NCBI GenBank assembly: GCA_031550325.1
Contig: JAVBOR010000026.1
Coordinates: forward strand, 5,274 to 69,273
Source: Oscillospiraceae bacterium
Lineage (GTDB): Bacteria; Bacillota; Clostridia; Oscillospirales; UBA929
DNA: 64,000 bases
Reading direction: 5' to 3'
Positions 62,601-64,000 of this stretch are shown here, piece by piece (position 1 is the stretch's first letter; each line of letters starts with the position of its first letter). The notes under the pieces are model-generated. The model did not search any database. It saw only the letters and a program-made list of their open reading frames with translations, and was not told the DNA's origin. Position numbers and translations under genes: made by a program.

Positions 62601-64000
62601 GAGGCGGTCGCGCCGCTGCCGCTGACGGCAAGCGTGTAGTTTGCGATGTCCGAGGAGCCCGTTTCTGTGACGGTGTATGAGCCGGGGGTCAGGCCGGTGA
62701 GTTCCTTAAACCAGTTCCCGTTTTCGGGGAGCGAGAAACTCGTCGTATAGCTGTCAGGGCCCGTAACGCTGAAGGAAAAGCTTCTGCCGACCGTTTGGGT
62801 GTTCAGGTCTCCCGTGACCGCTTTGATAACTTTCAGTTTGCCGGTCTGTTTGGAGTAGTTATTTGTATATTTGGCAGTGGCGGTCTCCTTGTCTTTAACG
62901 GTTACGCTGCCCGACCAGCCGTCCGCGCCCTTGATGACGCTGCTGCCGTTAAACGAGACCGTGAGATTGAGAAGGGTAACCTCAATGCCGGTATCGCGTT
63001 CTTTGACGGTATAGGTGCCGGGAACCAGACCTGAAAGAGTCTCTTTCCAGACGCCGTTATTGGGCAGGGTCACAGTCTTTGTGTATCCGTTGGGGCCGGT
63101 GATGTCAAAGATGAAGGACTTTTGGCCGATCGCGGTCAGCTGCTCGGAAGAAAGACCGCTTCCCGTGAGAACTTCCTTTTCAATGGTCAGGCTGCCGAGC
63201 TTCTGACGATAGGTGTTGGTTATCAGGGCGCTCTGGGATGCGCCGGAGGTCATGGTGCCGTTGATAATTCCGTTTGCCGGCGTGGTTGTGAGCTCGTAAC
63301 CAGTTTTGTCCGCATTAAGCTCCTGAACCGAATAGTTGCCGATCGGCAGGTCGGTGAGCGTCTCAGAGGTATGTCCGCGATAGAGCTTGACGGTTTTTTG
63401 GTAGCCGTCGCCGCCCGAAACCACAAACTGCAGCGCGTTGTCCTTGTCGGGGAAAGCGTCCCAGCTCAGAGCGCTGTCTGCGCCGAAGCTCTTGGTCAGG
63501 GTCAGACTGCCGACCAGATAGGCGTTTGTGAAGGTCAACACCTTTTGCTCGCCGTTCATCGGGATAACGGCCTGCTTGGCGGCTGTATCCATGGTGTACC
63601 GTACCGACTGGCCGTTCTCGAGCTCGGTGACGGTGATGACAGAACTGGCCGGGATGTTTTTAAACACGGCGGTCTGGTTTCCGGTCAGCGTGAACTGCCC
63701 GTTGGCGTCCGTCATCTTGTTGGCGGGAACAGGGCTGACGCCCTCATACAGCTCGTAGGCCTCGCCGCTGTAAGCGCGCGCCTGCGCGCCCGGGGCGCTT
63801 TGCCAGGTGATGGAGAACTTAAACGCCTCGCCGTTCTTTCCAAGCCCGTTATGCAGGGCCTTTACAACCTTTACCGAGCCGGTCTCCAGCACCTTGACGT
63901 TGGCAAACCGGTGGGCGTTGGCCGCGGGGACTGCGGCGCCTGAGGCGTCCGTCCAAACAACGGTGTTTTGACTGTTGACCTTGAAATATTTAATGGAAGG
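56633..64000 (-). CDS. Giant sortase-anchored surface protein with tandem CnaB/pilin-like Ig domains (5' end outside window)
   Basis: Frame open to window end (>2450 aa); repeated G-x-L-x-(V/I)-x-K...Y-x-V-x-E...(F/V)TN units; (PE)n linker; LPYTG + TM + KKK. Confidence 0.93.
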   Translation of the reverse strand, partial: PSIKYFKVNSQNTVVWTDASGAAVPAANAHRFANVKVLETGSVKVVKALHNGLGKNGEAFKFSITWQSAPGAQARAYSGEAYELYEGVSPVPANKMTDANGQFTLTGNQTAVFKNIPASSVITVTELENGQSVRYTMDTAAKQAVIPMNGEQKVLTFTNAYLVGSLTLTKSFGADSALSWDAFPDKDNALQFVVSGGDGYQKTVKLYRGHTSETLTDLPIGNYSVQELNADKTGYELTTTPANGIINGTMTSGASQSALITNTYRQKLGSLTIEKEVLTGSGLSSEQLTAIGQKSFIFDITGPNGYTKTVTLPNNGVWKETLSGLVPGTYTVKERDTGIEVTLLNLTVSFNGSSVIKGADGWSGSVTVKDKETATAKYTNNYSKQTGKLKVIKAVTGDLNTQTVGRSFSFSVTGPDSYTTSFSLPENGNWFKELTGLTPGSYTVTETGSSDIANYTLAVSGSGATASVANNGQSEATVTNKYTRQKGAIQFKKLVTGLDSGDTFSFTVRVDGALYSGSYTVNSSSYSTTNGIISGIKHNDVVTIAGLPAGASVIVTETANTSYTLDSITGGAVNLGSANSTVSVPNNQTAGLITFTNLRKTLSLEIEKLLSGATWDNFPNGIDFEITGPTGWTGATGLTFVSGTTYKFTLTKAKTSITLTGLPAGVYTVKELTSSAELTGYTRTTTYVLGSGSSQSGATATGTLSSGSKLTFTNSYALKVGKLKVTKKLDSYGDPDKIFSFTVTFGTAVPATATVTGADSFSWSADRKTLTFTLKGSTGGKSVDISGIPAGTTYAVTEQADSEYDPSFTNQIGTVSESGTVTVECTNKRKTTGIISVKKIVSGTDVGDSFTFTVKVNNTVWANKDYTVGSNTYKTSASGTFTLKNGETATFSNVPIGVSFSFAETTNNNYTTTSSDTSGTVTTATKTALFTNTHATGTLTVKKNALAGNAAAAFAGQSFTFKIARGSTPLSGQAFTLANPTGSGITSAQGTFALLPGQTATFASVLAGQYAVTEESTGLTIPADVSFTLPAAQSQSITASVSSISFEFTNTFTYKTGSLNVKKTVVTNGVPAWETFPDSGASYEFTLYRVETGGNVPAANQIYTIQSGQPLTTDAGGKFTLKASETAKFTGLLVGTYLVVETTPQTPTSYQLVVTQSPTDASASVTLDSTPTITVTNTYTRQTGDLTVNKTVNAPASSGFPVDKSFTFTLYAGSIAPANLVKNHSAADSATTNADGQFLLGDGETAVFKGLPTGTYVVVESNQTVAGFIRVDAGAPTTLSGATGSTLSFVNTYTRQTGSLLITKAIGADDELGATTWSYDFTVIGPADWTGSGLTPSGTGGYTVTLTSAAPSLLLSDLPGGMYTVSENSSAANAQYRLSTTVNGGTGSTTTLSVGGTVAEANFVNTYVAKSAGFELQKDLGGDLSGQDLGTASFIFTLTGPADWTGGDNGTNVLTITLNASGLSYINNRLPIGTYSLTELTPPDITRFTYLGTSFKVGQDEPVSPANRTISFEVTDQTSVSVICENSYSKDGGILRVAKAVDGYASPQDVFSFQIAGDSLSFPISYTIDGLPGSFPTGQNGEFSLSAGQVATFTGLDTLETYTVTEIGVPPTYTLQSIAGESFQYTIIGGNISDVQGSAQTLINASASPTFTATMGDKSASSFPGLSFVFTNKRLTGGLDLTKQISGPEFDAEDYVFYVTFSDNGAIIDPSLFLTASQITGGVLDTQNKRVVLTLKAGQTGSIEQIPAGIGYKITENPGNHYYTPGFARESGVIADQSTSHCVVTNTRRTGALEITKNVFSFDAENINADETFAVKVLFSTAGLPWPEDILDGYFTVSGAPDVNRDLNLERTQLTVNFSVKHDSFVSIAGIPVGTTYSLSEDLTPDQQLHYSPWILGADGVVNSISEDTSKLRPEVDVISLQNYDIPFNSIVLTKSVIASPGSPLLTAPFEFTLKLFQPEADTPYIQWAIEQQLAKLATAAETLTMEQIRLAKELAEIVIDQAACQQALDTLRLTVDENGSITAGAKALIPLMTCPTCTGATTVLEPCGVCGGDGLLDEDGTTCSDCVNGNVSALCGECLGAGQVEDIAAIDQAVQDALEAYNLDPAVIEEQRYASVAKELQDVVDKINRIDGLKDTLDNGQYVDYNSDFQLIPGSLLNPAPFNLSALQALAAYSMESGQRVDLTLSDINFTQTSEYGVYTFTLANNQYLSIGGLPLGTTYVVEEKEPQNTPEAFEGCDIESTNGDMQDALITEGGISSDETGSPVFIRFINRFADALGKLNVVKKWTSGSGSNTSITVYLVIDGVLQNDRHIELTAQNQWTGWFDGLALGHTYGVVESLPTGYTVTYSPDVKLEYQNKDEASVTVTNKPEKTTPPGPEPEPEPEPEPNFPDPEIPVQPPAIVPEEPELPDDDEFKDDIPLGDLPYTGGFNLGLLGLIGSGLTALGVLLGKKKST

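Overview
GC-rich chromosomal window, most likely from a sporulating, motile Clostridia member (Oscillospirales-like; inferred from gene content and order). Most of it is housekeeping: galK, rpsF-ssb-rpsR, rpmG-secE-nusG-rplK-rplA, the yabM-mazG-hup-yabO-yabP-yabQ-divIC-yabR block, recJ-relA-dtd-MBL-hemZ, guaB, miaB-mutS-mutL-miaA-hfq and yggS-sepF-divIVA, plus an MCP, FapA, FprA and a giant LPxTG adhesin that runs off the window end. Three things stand out. (1) A ~3.5 kb phage-derived module at 28.0-31.5 kb: ImmA-like protease, ImmR-like repressor, a divergent promoter pair with three operator-like repeats, a Cro-like gene, an 88-aa putative regulator and an intact, convergently oriented large terminase. 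I saw no integrase, small terminase, portal or structural genes, so this is a candidate domesticated/split gene-transfer-agent control locus. (2) A dispersed family of palindromic, structure-conserving intergenic elements (2.8-3.06 kb, 31.44 kb, 56.4-56.6 kb), one directly upstream of the terminase. (3) A DnaJ-like Cys cluster on a helical insert inside the adhesin. All calls come from visual motif recognition; no database searches or folding programs were run.
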